DNA from: Paragordius varius
Taxonomy: Eukaryota > Animalia > Nematomorpha
Reading direction: 5' to 3'
DNA length: 64,000 bases
Assembly: GCA_964247055.1 (NCBI GenBank)
Contig: OZ176053.1
Span: forward strand, 4,526,001 to 4,590,000
Positions within the stretch are counted from its first letter, which is position 1, and each line of letters begins with the position of its first letter. The notes under the pieces were generated by a model. The model ran no database searches, was not told where the DNA came from, and saw nothing but the letters and a program-made list of their open reading frames with translations. The position numbers and the translations under genes were made by a program. Positions 12,001 through 26,133 of the stretch are shown piece by piece.

Positions 12001-15000
12001 TAAAGAGCAAATTGCATATAAAAAGTTTTTAACAGCAAAATTGTGTAAAAAAATAATAAAATATCGAATTATCGAATTTCGTGCTTTTATAGATAATACA
12101 GCACCTTGGTTTCAGCCTTCAAACATTGCACCATCCCTCTTTTATTATCCTTCCATAAATCAAGCCAGTTTGACAGGAACATCGAATGAATTTGCCCCCA
12201 ATGCCGACCTTACATTCTCTTCCTTTTTGAGTAAATTGACACCCCGTTATAAGGTATTAAATTTTAATCTTTTTTTCTTTGTATAAATTAGTAGAAAAAA
12301 ATCCGTTTTAAAATTTTATTTTTTCTATAACAAATTATTTGATTTATTTATTCATGCTTTATTAAATTTTTCAATAATATTTTAGCGATTGATTCTTCAT
12401 GTGATTGCCAAACTTTTGGAGGAGTTAACAGGTGTCATAAACAAAGATATTCAAAAAAATTTGGTGCAAAAATCTGCCTTTTTACTGTACGATAATTGGT
12501 GGTCTTTCCACGAAAAACAACATCAAGTGAATCATTTAATATAATATATATAACTAAATTATAAAAAATAGTTTTAAAGGCGTAATGATTAAAACTGCAT
12601 TATATAAAAAAAATAAATATAGTCATTATGTTTGTTTTAATTTATAGGAAAAAAAGAAAATTGCTATCCCTAGCGCTAAAACTGATCTCTCTGAATCATT
12701 ACAACAAAACTTTTCCACTGATAATACCACATTAAAATCAATCACTGACACCACAAACACCATATTAAATCAAAAAACAAATTATATGTTGATGACGAGC
12801 TCTTCCTCCTTTACGACGTTGGCAAACAATACTTTATCGACATTGCCTTTGTGCACAGCTGACTCATCTATAAATTCAAATTCTTTGGCTAATGCATATT
12901 GGACACCTTCAAACCTAGATACTACCAAATTCCTAGTCAATAGCCTTTACGATAGACCAGTAACAAATGTCGCCGATGCAAATAATAATACAATTCATGA
13001 CACTTTTTCTCTCCTGGGTTTACGGCCAAATATGTCACGGATGCCGTCTTTTAGGGTAGTTATTAATGAGAAATTTTTCACAGTTGACCTCCTTTATGTG
13101 AACGCGATTATGGTAAAATGCATACATAGGTCACTATGTGCGCGTACCATGACTCTTTTTGAAAAAAATAAAATTATTTTTTTTGATCAAAATATATTAA
13201 TTAATATTTCATGCTTATGGTCCATGTCGACCCTCATAGAAATATTTCCTCCATTATTCTCTATCTTCAGTCATTTGAGTTAATATGCTGAGATATAAGT
13301 TGATTTTATAAAATTTTATGATAATTAATATCCCACATATATTCAAAAAATAATGAACAAATTGATTGGTTGTAATTTACAATTTGTTTCGTATTATGAA
13401 GTGAGCTCAACATTCAACAATTATAATTTTAGAATTAGAAGAATAATCAAAAACCGGAATAATTTATAATGATCAGCACAAGTCAATTAATTTATCGGCG
13501 TTATTTATTCAAAATAACTCATTAAGGGAACGTTCACTGTATCAAGTAGGCTACTTAGTCAATTTTAGGATTTTGTCAATTTCGATTGATTTGGCATCTT
13601 ACTTTTTGTCAACGCAAATATTTTCAAAAATACTTGATAGGGTTTATCTCATAAAATGAGTAAAATTCACAAAAAATACGCAATAAATATAAAAAAGATA
13701 TTGTTATTTACATTATAAAGACAACCAATTTTTTTGATTTAAATTTTTTTGTCAAAGTAAGTGCGGGTGCCTCCTATTTACATTTCGAATCATTATTTCA
13801 CAACCTTTAAATCAAGGACCAAAAAATATGGTTGTTTAAAGAAAAAACGGTATGTTGCATGTTACCTCCATATATTTTAAATTTTACTATAATTATATAT
13901 ATGTGCGCTTACAGAAAATTAAAAAACCCATACCAGTCCCAGTCCCCACTGATGAAAATAAAGATGAAGAATCAAGGCATAAATCTAATCGATACGATGA
14001 CAAAAAATATGATCAACACAAACATAGGCACTCTTCGTCCCATCATTATTCCAAACATGAATCATCTAATAAAAATCATTATGGCGATCGAGGTTATATT
14101 CCCTGTATAAATCAAATTTTTAGAAATATGGTCTTTTTTTACCCTAATGTTTTTTAGTAATATGAGCATAAATATTTTGATTGGCAAGCTCAAATAATAT
14201 CCAACTCACAAAAATTGATAAATTATTTCAGATGTAACAAAAATTGAGATTTAAGTGTCTTTCTTATAGAATTTACTTAATAGATCTCCCCTTCTCAAGT
14301 TTTAAATGACAATTTTTTCCAATTTCTAATTGGTAAGATGGAAATTACACCCATTCAAAAACCAACAAATACTTAGATCAATTAATTTAATCTTTTTTGT
14401 GTAATAAAATAATTTCTGGTTCATAGATTCTCATTATCATCGCAAAAATAAGCACCGTAGTAGCGATGAAAGAACTCCCTCTCCTTATGCCAGAATTACT
14501 TCAGCTAAAATCCCAGCTTCATCTTACACAAGAGATGAGGATCGGGAACATAGTGCTAGGAAAAAAGGTATGTTATCAGAATATTTTTATATATTTTATG
14601 AAACTTTTATTCTTGTAAACAGCGAAAATTCATGATACAATGTTTATATCTCAAATTAAACCGAATTACTTTTGAAAAAATACAGTTTATACAAAATTCT
14701 TTGCTTTAATAAATAAGAAAAGCAAAACAAAAAAGCTATTCTACCTGTTTTATAATTGTAAAATCTGTTTTATACATTTGTTGTATCTATTGATATATCA
14801 GAATGTTTGTATGGGTTATATTAAATTGTTACTATTTTGATTTTGATATTTGTGGCTAATATTTAATTTATGCTCTCATTGGTATTTAAGCTCTTTGTGA
14901 ATCTACGAAAATAATGGGACAAAGAATTTAATTTTTGGCTAAATAATTTTTTCTTTTAAACGTCTCAAGATGAAGTATATGACACATTATCGAATATTTA

Positions 15001-18000
15001 AGCAACACTATTTATATAACACCTAATTAATTATTGTATATATCCATATTAGATTATAACAGAAGGTCCCAATCTTCTGAAAGCTCAACATCCTCTACTA
15101 CTTCAGACAATGAAGATTCCCATATTAAGGTTTGCCTTTATAACCTCCTAAATATTAATCAAATGCTTTTATTTATATTAATTTGGATATATTTTGTTTT
15201 AACTATATCATTTTTATTTATTTGATAACAAAAATTTCGAGTTTTTTGTTGTTTTTAAATATGATAATATTTAGATTTGATAAATAATGAAATATAACAA
15301 AAACGCTTATAACTTCTAAAACAACGTTTACATTGCATTAATAACAAGTTTTAATTTTTACCATAGGATAAGAAGCACTATAATCGCACAGCGCAAAACC
15401 AAATTAATGAAATTATTGAACGTAAAAAAGACGATAACAGAGAAGCCTTTTCAGATCATAAATCTGAAATTTCCAGCCGAATTGATTCTTCCGATAATGA
15501 AGGTCATGCCACTGAAATTCCTTCTTCAAACATTTCAGATTTTGACCATGATTCTACAATGGGAGAATCGGAAAATAAAATGAAATTATCTTCTCAACGA
15601 TCGTATAAAGATGACAAAACTTTTATTCGCAAAAAAGTTAAAAACAAAAAAGGAAATGCTGTCGTTTCAACAAACAAAAGTGCTATGCAAAAATCTGTCA
15701 AATCAACGAAAAAAGTGTCGAAACATGGGTATATAAATAAATAATATTCTATTTCAAATTCTTTAGCACAAATAACTCTAACCCTTTTTTTTACACAATT
15801 TGCGCTTAGTCATTTAAAAAAGTTGGTAATTTGCGTTTCTTAATATACAATTGATTTTAGATCTGTTGTTTTGGAACATGATGAATCATCCCAGGCATCT
15901 TTGCCCCTTATTTTACAGTCTCCCACGACTAAAAATATGCTGCAACCAGTCATTAAATTAACCCCAATCAGTGTAGAACATCAAAAGGTATCAAAGATAA
16001 CAAAAAATCATGCGATTAACGAAACCATAGAGAAGGAAGGCAACGAACAAATTGTTGATTCAAACGATGATACAGTCCATCCCTTTGATAATGATTCCAA
16101 TGATTCAGAAAGCTATTCTACCACCCAGAAAAAAGACGCCACCGCGAAACTGGCCGGTAAAAAACAAAACAATTTGAGCAGTGGTGTCCGTGCCCTGAAA
16201 AGAGCCAAAAAGTTACATAGTAGTAGTAGGAGTAGTAAAAAATCAACCATTTTATCGGACACTTTGTTTGGGAAAAACAGGAAAAAAGTTAAAACTTCGT
16301 CTCACACTCAAAATGTAAATGGTGTAGTATCAGGAGGAACTACTCTTGCTTATGATTTAGATGATTCACGAAATGAACATGCTTATTCCTTGCCCCCTTC
16401 AACCAAAAAATCATTGATACCAATCGATGATTACGATGAACAGGAAATGGAAATGAAAAACAACGATTCTACAAACGATGACGGTTTAAAGATTGACCCT
16501 AGTACCAAGTATTTGTATGCTCACAGTCAAAGATTGCTAAACAAGGGTTTAGCTGCTGCCGCCGCGGCGGCCGCCGAGAATGCACCATCTAACGTTACGG
16601 TTGAAAGGGAAAGGAAATTATTTGAAAGTAATCGTTTTTCTGTTTAAAAAAAGAATTGTCCTATTTACTTTGGTTTATTATCTGAGATTTTAATTATTAC
16701 CGCTTTTTTAAGCGTAAACAAAGTCGTGATTTAATGGTCAAGCAGGTGTTTGAATCAATCATACGTTATATTTCGATAAAGATGGTTTAAGCGACTAATA
16801 ACTAAAATTTTCCATATATTAGAATCACATCCTTTTTTTCAATATCAAGTTGCTCATTAACAATTTTTTTTCTAGTTTCCAAAGCTATTTATGGAACGCG
16901 TGATCCGATTGAAGAAATGAAACTCCTGTACGATATGTGGAACCCGGGTATTGATTTAGAGGATTTAGCCTACCTCAGAGTCGCCTTTGAACGTTTATAT
17001 ATGCAATTCCGCTCTAACCTTATGATCTCAACATCGGCGGCCAAATCAAGTCTCAATAACAATACCACTCATCATTATTGGTTACAATATGCTCATTGGG
17101 TCCCTCATATGGATATCCTTTTATTATCATATTAAACTTTTTAGATTCTATATGTTTTTTTATCAAAAACAACAATTTAAAAGGTTTTTTATTAAAAAAT
17201 AATTGCGTTGATTTGGATTAAAAAATGTTGAATGTACTGATTATTCTTGGGGTATTTTTCCAATTTTTAATCAAGTCGCAAAATCAAAGGATAAAGTAGT
17301 TTTTATCTAGTTAGTTTATTACATTTCAAAGTTTTCCCATTTATCCCATGAACGTATATTTCCTTAACTCAAAAATGCGTATATTTTAACTTATACCTAC
17401 CCATATGATTGACACTATTACAACGAATGTGGATGAATCAAGGCTTGCATATAGCATGCAAGGATCTACACTCTTGGCCACATACCGCAAACGTCATAAA
17501 CGAAACAATAATATCTCCTCAAATGCCAATGTTAATAACTTGTATAATTCTCTTCCCCTACCAGATGCCTTGTTTGTGAACAAAAGTGGTTCCGCCCGCA
17601 GTGAAGGCTATGTTCGGGTAACGGGACAGCAAAAAGCACAATATGTGGAATTTGTTGCGACGGTATATCAAAATATTTAAAATCCCGTTTTTTGGGTTCG
17701 AAAACAATTTATAATAAATAAAAAAGGATTGAAAATTTATTAATACTAGTGTTTGGCTCATTATGAGCGTTTTAAAATACCTACAAAATAGTAAAATTAT
17801 GTATGGGTTGGTATACTCAATTTTGAACGGTTATAGTTTAAAAATTTAAACCTTATTTAAGTTTAAAAGAGTTTATTACAAGGGGGGTTTATATATGGTC
17901 AGTGTTAAATATTTTAGAATTTAAGTTATTTTAAGTTCAATTTATTTCAGCAATCAAAGAAAATGGACCCACATCACGGTGGAAGTAATGATTTGTTGAC

Positions 18001-19693
18001 GCTACCATACAATGCACATTATGCTTTATCTGCTGATTCAAGTTTTATATATATCTATTTTTTATTTAACAACAATTATCCGAAGCTTAATTTTTAACTT
18101 TGAAAAGAATTTTTTTAACAGGAAGTATGACCATGACCGCTTTTTATATTAACCAGTCAAATTTTTTCATGGAATAATATGAAATAATGGTAAAACGTTT
18201 AATATAAATCATAAAAATTGTAAAAATTTAAAACTTTTATCCAATGGCTAACTGTAATCATAGATCTCGTTATCATTGTACAACATATATACTAATTTCA
18301 TTAGCAGTCAGACCGGTTATTATATTATGATTGGTGTAAACCCAACCCTAATATCAAAAATTTTATTCAAATATTCCCCATTTGTGGAATCAAAACTGGT
18401 TATTGATTTAACCATTTTTAATTTTTTTATTTTATAGGCATTTAAAAGCTCTTTGTATAATTGTAGAGATCTCCAAAAACATATCAAACACTACCGCCAA
18501 CTCTAGTAGCCGGCAAGCTCGAAGCGAATTCCGTCGACAAGTTTGGTCCATGAGTCAAGAAATGGGGGATCTCGTTAAATTTAATCAACTTAAAGTAAGT
18601 TTTCATAAAATTTTGATTTTTAATACTACTTTTTTACTAACATTGTTATATTGTTGAGTATCAAATCATAGGATATTTGGATTTTACTGTTTAGTGTGAT
18701 AACTGCCCGTAATATATTTTATAGTTAAAGGATGCTTTAAAATAAATATATTAGTATTAATATATTAGTGTAGTAAGAAATACATTTTGTATAGACACAC
18801 AAAATTATACAGATCTATACGTTAATAATAATGAAAATTGAAAACGTATAATTTTCACACACCTTATCATTTTCCTTATTCTACTTACTCAAATATTCTT
18901 TATTTATATTATATTAATTCTATTTATTTGAAATCTACCTATATAGGCACGCAAAAAACAACTCGCTTTCCGTAAAAGTGCCATCCACGACTGGGGTCTC
19001 TATGCTCAAGAAAATATTGCGGGTAGTGATGAAATGATTATTGAATACGTGGGAGAAATTGTTCGGCAAATTACGGCCGATAGAAGGGAAAAGATTTTGT
19101 ATAAAGAATTATACGGTGAAGAAAATACCGGGAGTTATTTGTTTAGAATTGATGCCGACACTATTATTGATGCCACGAGAACTGGCAATTTGGCACGTTT
19201 CATAAATCATTCATGCAACGTAAGGAGATTACATTTTATAATCTTTCTAAGTGGTTTTTTAATCAATCAAAAAATATGATGTAAAGTTTTACACTGCCCC
19301 GATAAAATGAATTTGATTTACTTTAAAATAGCGCAAAAAAATGATAGTATTAACAGATGTAAATAGATTATACGATAGTGGCATGCTTTAATAATTTTAC
19401 ATTCATTGATATTGACATCTTTTAATTTTTTCGCTGGTTTCAATGTAATACTACAATAATATCAGTTCATCTATATGTAATTTTTTATACCAATACATAA
19501 TATAATTTGCATTTTTTAGCCAAATTGTTATGCCAAAATCATTACGGTTGGTCAATCCAAAAAAATTGTCATATATTCGAAACAACCCATTAAATCTGGT
19601 GAAGAAATCACTTATGATTACAAATTCCCCATTGAAGACGAAAAAATACCATGTTTATGTGGAGCTTATAATTGTCGAGGAACCCTTAATTAA
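9001..19693 (+). CDS. SETD1: SETD1/Set1 histone H3K4 methyltransferase (COMPASS catalytic subunit)
   Basis: 18 exons: 9001-9186, 9210-9311, 9341-9611, 9639-11657, 12093-12253, 12386-12526, 12648-13055, 13915-14092, 14427-14567, 15053-15129, 15367-15728, 15861-16627, 16876-17112, 17391-17662, 17951-18041, 18467-18594, 18947-19219, 19520-19693. Contains YKLLVDP, an RRM, N-SET ([19 protein letters not shown]), WIN motif [11 protein letters not shown] ([21 protein letters not shown]) and post-[16 protein letters not shown]. Middle low-complexity exon boundaries are less certain. Confidence 0.95.
17113..17390 (+). other. U12-type (minor spliceosome) AT-AC intron in SETD1
   Basis: 5' site ATATCCTTTT, branch site TTTCCTTAAC at 17359-17368, ends in AC. 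Joining restores the frame ([15 protein letters not shown]). Confidence 0.88.
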
Positions 19694-20068
19694 TGTAAAA
19701 AAAGATAACTTTTACCGTTTAATATTGTGTAAGATATAGGCAATTATATTATAAAATGTTAAGTGAAACATAGAGCTATAATTATATTGGTATTATTGTA
19801 TTATTATGTGAAATAAAATTATATCACTCAATGTTTTACCCTATATATTGATCCAATCTTATAATACAACCACACTTATATAAAAGGTATGAAAGATAAG
19901 TGAATGGATTTTGAGATAATTATGGAAAAAAATATAATTAATGAAGAACATTTTATAGTGATGATTGTAATAAACAGTTTTGTACGCTGTACACATGTAA
20001 TAAATATACATATTTATTAATCAATAATTAAAAATGATTATATATTTTATATAATTGGGACAAAAAAA

Positions 20069-23000
20069 CTAAACAGGTAATCCTGCAGCCGTTCTTGCTT
20101 TGTATATTATAATTTTGAGCGTAAATTGTTTTCGAGACAAATCCCTTATATTCTAGATTTTCAAATATAAAAAAAAATATTAAAATATGCATATTATTCA
20201 ATAATATATTTTTAAAATGTTTAAATACTATATATTACTTTATTATGAAAAGAATTTGTGATAAATATATAAAATGTTAAATTATACGGACAAACGTGAA
20301 AATATAAAGACAATTTTTTTTTCAAAAGACAACCATTTTTTTCAAACCTTAATTTATCCTATAAAAATTATTTAATTACAATAGTAAAATATATAATTGA
20401 TTGTGTTACCATTATACATCTCATTTTATAATTTGCAGTATAATTAAAATAATTAATATTAAGAAAGGTATGGTTGTTTTTTAGAAAGAAATAATTGTCT
20501 ATATTTTTACGTTTTGTCTGTATAATTTCAATTTTTTCTATATTTGGTCTTAAGACGGTTTGTTATTTAAATCATAACCATTAACAATATGATAAAACGC
20601 CAAATAAAGTAAGTAGATTAAACTTTCAAAAAGTCCTCAAGTGATATTGCATGATGTTTAAGAGCTTCACGGAGATAATACATGGCATCTATGGTTGCAT
20701 TTTCCTCGGCAACTGCTTCCAAGATTCTTTACAAAAAAATAAATAAAATTCTTTTATTTGATTTTATTACAAATTGGACAGTCAGTTTTAAGCATATCAC
20801 CTAATATAGTCAAATATAACTCTGTTATGTAAAAAAAATTTGTATAATTGTTACTGATTTAAATTACTGAATAAGTAGGTGAGTTATTTGTAGAAATTGT
20901 TATCGTAATATATAATCCTTTTTATGATTTTTGGAATGCTTACACTATTGGATTAGTTGGACACATGGGTAAAGGGTGCTTTTATAATTTAAAGTGTATA
21001 TCAATTTTTTTTGTGTTACTAAATGTATCCAACATTACCAAAAATAATTTGGAATCTATAAAAACGTGCTAATAAAAATCGAATTGAATATCAAAATATA
21101 ATGTCTATTATAAGAAAAGGGAATATTTTTATAAGGTACTTCTAATAAATAATATAGAGCCCTTTCCTAATATCTTAAACAAAATAAAATGATACAAACT
21201 ACAAAATAGCAAAAACACTTATACCCATGTGTCCTAATTCATCAGTATATGGCATTCCAAAAACTCATTAATATGTTTCAAACGAATATAATAATAATAC
21301 TAACTACTCATCTACTTTTTACATAGCTAAATATTTAGGTTGAAATATAAAAAAACCTAAATATTTTATGTATTACTAACACTAATAAAACACTGAATTA
21401 ATAACATTTATTTAATTATTTTTGTGATGTTAAGAGACTTGTTACACGGTAAATGGTTGCATTCATAATCGGTCGAACCGCTTTTATTTTTGACAAGATA
21501 GAAACAATCCATAGTTGTTTCATATTTATTTGTTATACAGATACTTTTAAATTAATCCGACCAAAACGAAATCATATCTTATTGTGGGCAAATTTTTTTT
21601 GTGATTTATCCACATAAATAAAATTTTAAATATTTTAATAAACTTTGATGAATACAATTTAAAACTTTAAAAGGGTATATGTTTTTCCATCAAAACAGCC
21701 GATTTTATCTTATGGAAAAAAATTTTGTGCCAATTATTTTCGCGTAAAAAGTGCTTTTTTATAATTTATCAAGATTAATAATAATTGATAAAACTCTAAA
21801 AATATCTTTTTTTAGGCCGTCCAATGTTTCGCAGTAAATGAGCGTTTGATTGTAATAAAAAATAAAACTAATTTAATAAATCAATAACTCGTAGTAAATA
21901 TATAAACTTATCAAAATAGGATATCTCGGAGACCATACTCACCTTTTTTCCAATCATATAAAATAATAAAAATCCCAATTATCTTATTCTTGTAATAAAT
22001 TTATTTATATAATAGTAATCAATAAAAACTCGTATTAAAAATCTTATAAAATAAAATATATATACTGTTTATAGATTGGTGTTGTAGCGTTAACGGCTTC
22101 ATCTAAATAGGTATATTCATCATTACCATCATTTTCATTTTTTGTGTCATTTCCATGATTGTCTTCGTTAACAAATTTTTTGGCATCAATTTTAGCTTTG
22201 GCCAGGGCGTCTTCTAATTCTGTCAACTGTTTTTCTGATTCTTTCTGATGGGGAAAAAACATAAAAAGTAAAAGGCAAATAATATATTTTTAAAGGACAC
22301 CAATTTTTCTAAACCCTAATTTTTTAATTTATTGTTTTAGTTGCGAATTATGCAGGTGTAAATTGTTTTTAATTCATAATAGTAATCATATAAGTTATAT
22401 AGAGTTAGCAAGAATCAAAAATTATGGTTTTTTTACAAAAAAATATTAGCGCTCACTCAATTTTATATTTTTAATCATGGTTGAATAGAAATCAAGGTTC
22501 AAAAAATATGGTTATATTTATATTCTCAATTTTCTATCTTAACGTTTTTTGTCTTTATAAATTTAATTTTAACTAAAAAATATTAATATACCGTTTCATT
22601 GTCTAACATATTGGAAATATTTTGGATAACAATAGCACCATCTAAGAGTCGCTGTTTAGTCTTCAACAAATTGTCCATTTCCACCTACGATTAATTGAAT
22701 ATTAAATTAACAATATACGACAAAAAATAGTTATAGTAAATATAAATATATTTAGTTATATGATTAATATGGATTCAATCGAATACAAATTATATAAAAT
22801 AAAAATGAAATTATACGGACAAAACGTAAAAATATAAAGACAAAATTTTTCTACAAGAGACCCCTACTTTTTAAACCTTACTTTATCCCATAAAAATGAT
22901 TTGAACACAATCGTAAAAACATAATTAATTGTGTTACCAATTTACATCTCTAATTGTATTTTGCAGTTAAAAACAATGAGTTATATTTTAAAAAATAATC

Positions 23001-25350
23001 ATTTTAAAAGTATGGTTGTCTTTTGGAAAAAAAATATTTGTCTTTATATTTTTGCGCTTTTTCCGTAAAATTTCAAGTTTTACTGTAATAGACAACTCAT
23101 TTTTTGGTAGTTTCATGCAATTGAAATGGGTCATACCAATAAAATATGAGAATAATAAGAATATGTAAACCAATTATTTGATACCTGGGCTCTCTCAAAC
23201 GTATCCTTGAGACGGATATTAATTTTATCCTTCAGGACGGAAATTAAACTTTGTTTGATTGCCTCAGGATCTATGGGTGAAGCGTGATCTACAAACCCAC
23301 ATTATATACAGTAAATATAAAAATTCTACAGAATAAAATAAACTTATTTAAATATATTATCGTAGTTTAAAATAATGATCAAAGGTGTAAATTGGTTACA
23401 TACTCAATATCAAAAAGTATGGTTGCCTTTTTAAAAATATTTTCATATAGTTTTTACATTATGTGTCTATAATTTTCAAATCTCACTGTTTATAGAGCTA
23501 TAAGGATCTTGGTTATGTGCCGTAATATATTGCTGATGGTTTTGTGTAGGGCTCGGGTGTGGAACGAAATTTGGATTCACCGGATATGGCAAATTAGTGG
23601 GATTTGGAAATTGTATTTGATTTTGGTTAACGGGGTATGGTGCGAATCCCGTGCTTTGAACATCTTATACACAATAAATGGTAAAAAATGCTTTAATTTA
23701 ATTTGTATCTCGATTATTATTATTATAGTATTTGTCATAAAAACAGAAAACCATAAGTCATATATTTAAACTCTGAGCGTAAAACTATATTAATATAAAA
23801 ATAGATAAAAACGTTTCTGAATGGTCCCTAAAAAACTGATACTATAGCTCTTATGGTTTTGGATCCATATAATTGTAGTATAAGTAGAGAATATAGAGAG
23901 AGACGATAGAGAATTGAATATACCGACAATATTAGTTATAGCTTATATGTACGTTAAAGGGAAAAAACTTTGGTATGGTTAATGGATTGAACAATATTTT
24001 ATGTTTATGATAATTTACTCGTGTTGAATGAATGTGGCAAATTAGGATTATAATTTTGAGGATTTGCTTGAGGAATTGTTTGATGTAAAGACGCCCCAGT
24101 GTTTTGTGAAAAAACTGGACAATATTCTGCGAATACGGCTTGCATGACTTGAATAGCAGAGGTTAAATCATGAGAACTCTATAAATATATATTTAGATTA
24201 AAATGTAGAAAAATGTATTTAAAGATATAAATTGGTTTTACACTTTATATGTGGCAAAAGCTTAAGGATTTTTATTTTAATATATATTATGATAAAACCA
24301 CATGGTCGATATTCTAATCGTAAAAAGGCAGTAAAATCTTTGATCTTTAGGTTTAAAAATTAATTGATATCAAAAAACGATTTTGCTTTTAAATGCGAAC
24401 ACAAAAATAATAACGTAGATTTTTTTATAAGCTTGCGTATTACAATTGTTAAGTAGCTAAATATTAGGGTTTAAATCAGTCACAGAAATATAAAAAAACA
24501 CTTTTAAACTTGGAAAATTCGACATTTATCTTAAAATAATGTGTAGTTTTTCATTATCAAAGCGAGTTAAAATACTAAAATTTATATTTCATATTAAAAT
24601 TATTAATTGCCTACAAATGGTTTTCGACATAAAAGTTTTTACAAATTACAATTGCTAATTAAAAAATTAAAATTTTGTTAAACTTATATGATAAATATTT
24701 AAAAGGACTTAAATATATTTTACAAACCAAAATAACTGTTCTGGATAAATGGGATTAATAGTTTGCGCACAGTCGTAATTAAATAAAAAGGTTGAATGAT
24801 ATCCAACGTAGAGTGCTAATTTTTTAAAATTATTATCTGCACTCTACGTAAAATATATAATAAAATAAAACAATGCAATATATATTTTAACTCTATAAAA
24901 TAATAAATTAGATTAAAAAGCAAAGTATGCATACCTTCCAATCTTTAAAATATGGCAAATATATTTTCCCATCCATATCGATATATTTGGATGGTTTAAT
25001 TACCATGTTCGCAGTTGGCACGATAAAACAATCTGGTGGACTAGACGGATAATTTTCAGGAATCCATATGAGTATGGGAATATTATAAGTTTTACCTACT
25101 TATAAAACGTCTAATTTTACCTTTATATGTAATTGGAATAGTACCATCTAGCTTAACTAATTCTCGTTTATGACCATAAAAGTTTTTGTAAATATAAACA
25201 CCTAATGAACTAGGTAAATTTGAAAAATTTGTTTGCGCAACCTGTAAGTCTTTTTTAACCCGATCCGAATGCTTATACTATTAATTCAATAAAAAATATT
25301 CATACTTTGCAAGAATTAACTAAAGAATTGGTATAGGTCGTATTAATCAT
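20069..25350 (-). CDS. TSG101: TSG101 / Vps23 (ESCRT-I)
   Basis: Exons 25350-25306, 25277-25121, 25095-24935, 24178-24019, 23663-23487, 23288-23185, 22684-22592, 22244-22066, 20726-20624, 20152-20069. UEV motifs GTIPITYKGKTYNIPI and GKIYLPY, Pro-rich linker, coiled coil, SB core PIYKQILEAVAEENA..NIRDLSRKQF. Introns 28, 25, 756, 355, 198, 500, 347, 1339, 471 nt. Largely absent from the ORF track. Confidence 0.93.
20279..20530. mobile_element. MITE family A (TIR AAATTATACGGACAAAACG...), copy in last TSG101 intron
   Basis: Terminal inverted repeats. Related full copies at ~22806-23075 and ~40306-40554, and partial copies near 23330-23480, 38600 and 54490-54690. Confidence 0.75.
20924..21268. 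mobile_element. MITE-like element with ~60-bp imperfect terminal inverted repeats
   Basis: ATGATTTTTGGAATGC..GGACACATGGGTA on the left and TACCCATGTGTCC..GCATTCCAAAAACTCAT on the right. Confidence 0.55.
22806..23075. mobile_element. MITE family A copy in a TSG101 intron
   Basis: TGAAATTATACGGACAAAACG left end, TCCGTAAAATTTCAA right end. Confidence 0.75.
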
Positions 25351-26133
25351 TTTTTAACATATGGATTTTGAATGTGATCAAGGTGATATAAAACATACGG
25401 AAAAAAACAATAGACATAAAATTATTGGATAAATTGTCTTTGCATGGATTCTTGTAAAAAAAGTACGCTTATAGTTTTAATGTTTTTATTAAAATATCAT
25501 CTATTTTATTTTTAAAATAAGTATCATCAATGTTTTTGATATCATTTTTTATAGTAAAACTTTCGTTATGAAAACCCGCATGGAAAAATATAGGATGAGA
25601 ATCAAGCTACAAAGTCGGGTGAGTAGTTCTGACATATTTTTCTCTGTTATAAAGAACTCGGGTCGTCCTTAACACTTCTGAACCTTTTAAGGTAATATAC
25701 CATGGCCATTCAAAATTTATATAACTTAAAAAAATTTTTAGCATTGGTTTAGTAGTTTAGGCGCGTGATACAATATTCAAAAATGTCAACTGTAAAAATC
25801 CTCATGTCAAACTTTTCCTTTAAATCGTTAACTGGCAAAATAATGGTTGAACAATATATAGCATTTAAAGCTTTTTATATACAGTGAAACACTTCATTAC
25901 CTATGGGGAAGCTTTATCCAGAGCGATTTTAAATTTAAATATTAAGCATTAATTCCTTACCTTTATTTTTTGTCCTAGTTTAATTTTTTATATTATATCC
26001 TAGAGCTCAATTTGTGAATAAACTACAGTTTTGAGTAATATTTTAATTAATTATCAAGCATTGTTTTCATGTTAGAAAAAAAGCTTATAATTTTCAATGT
26101 TTTGTGACTTCTACTGTCGAAGATTGGGACAGC

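Noticed and set aside
16712-16764. Extra SETD1 exon ([17 protein letters not shown])
   Set aside because: It needs a weak phase-0 donor upstream, and direct splicing from 16627 to 16876 already keeps the frame. Not excluded, but unsupported.
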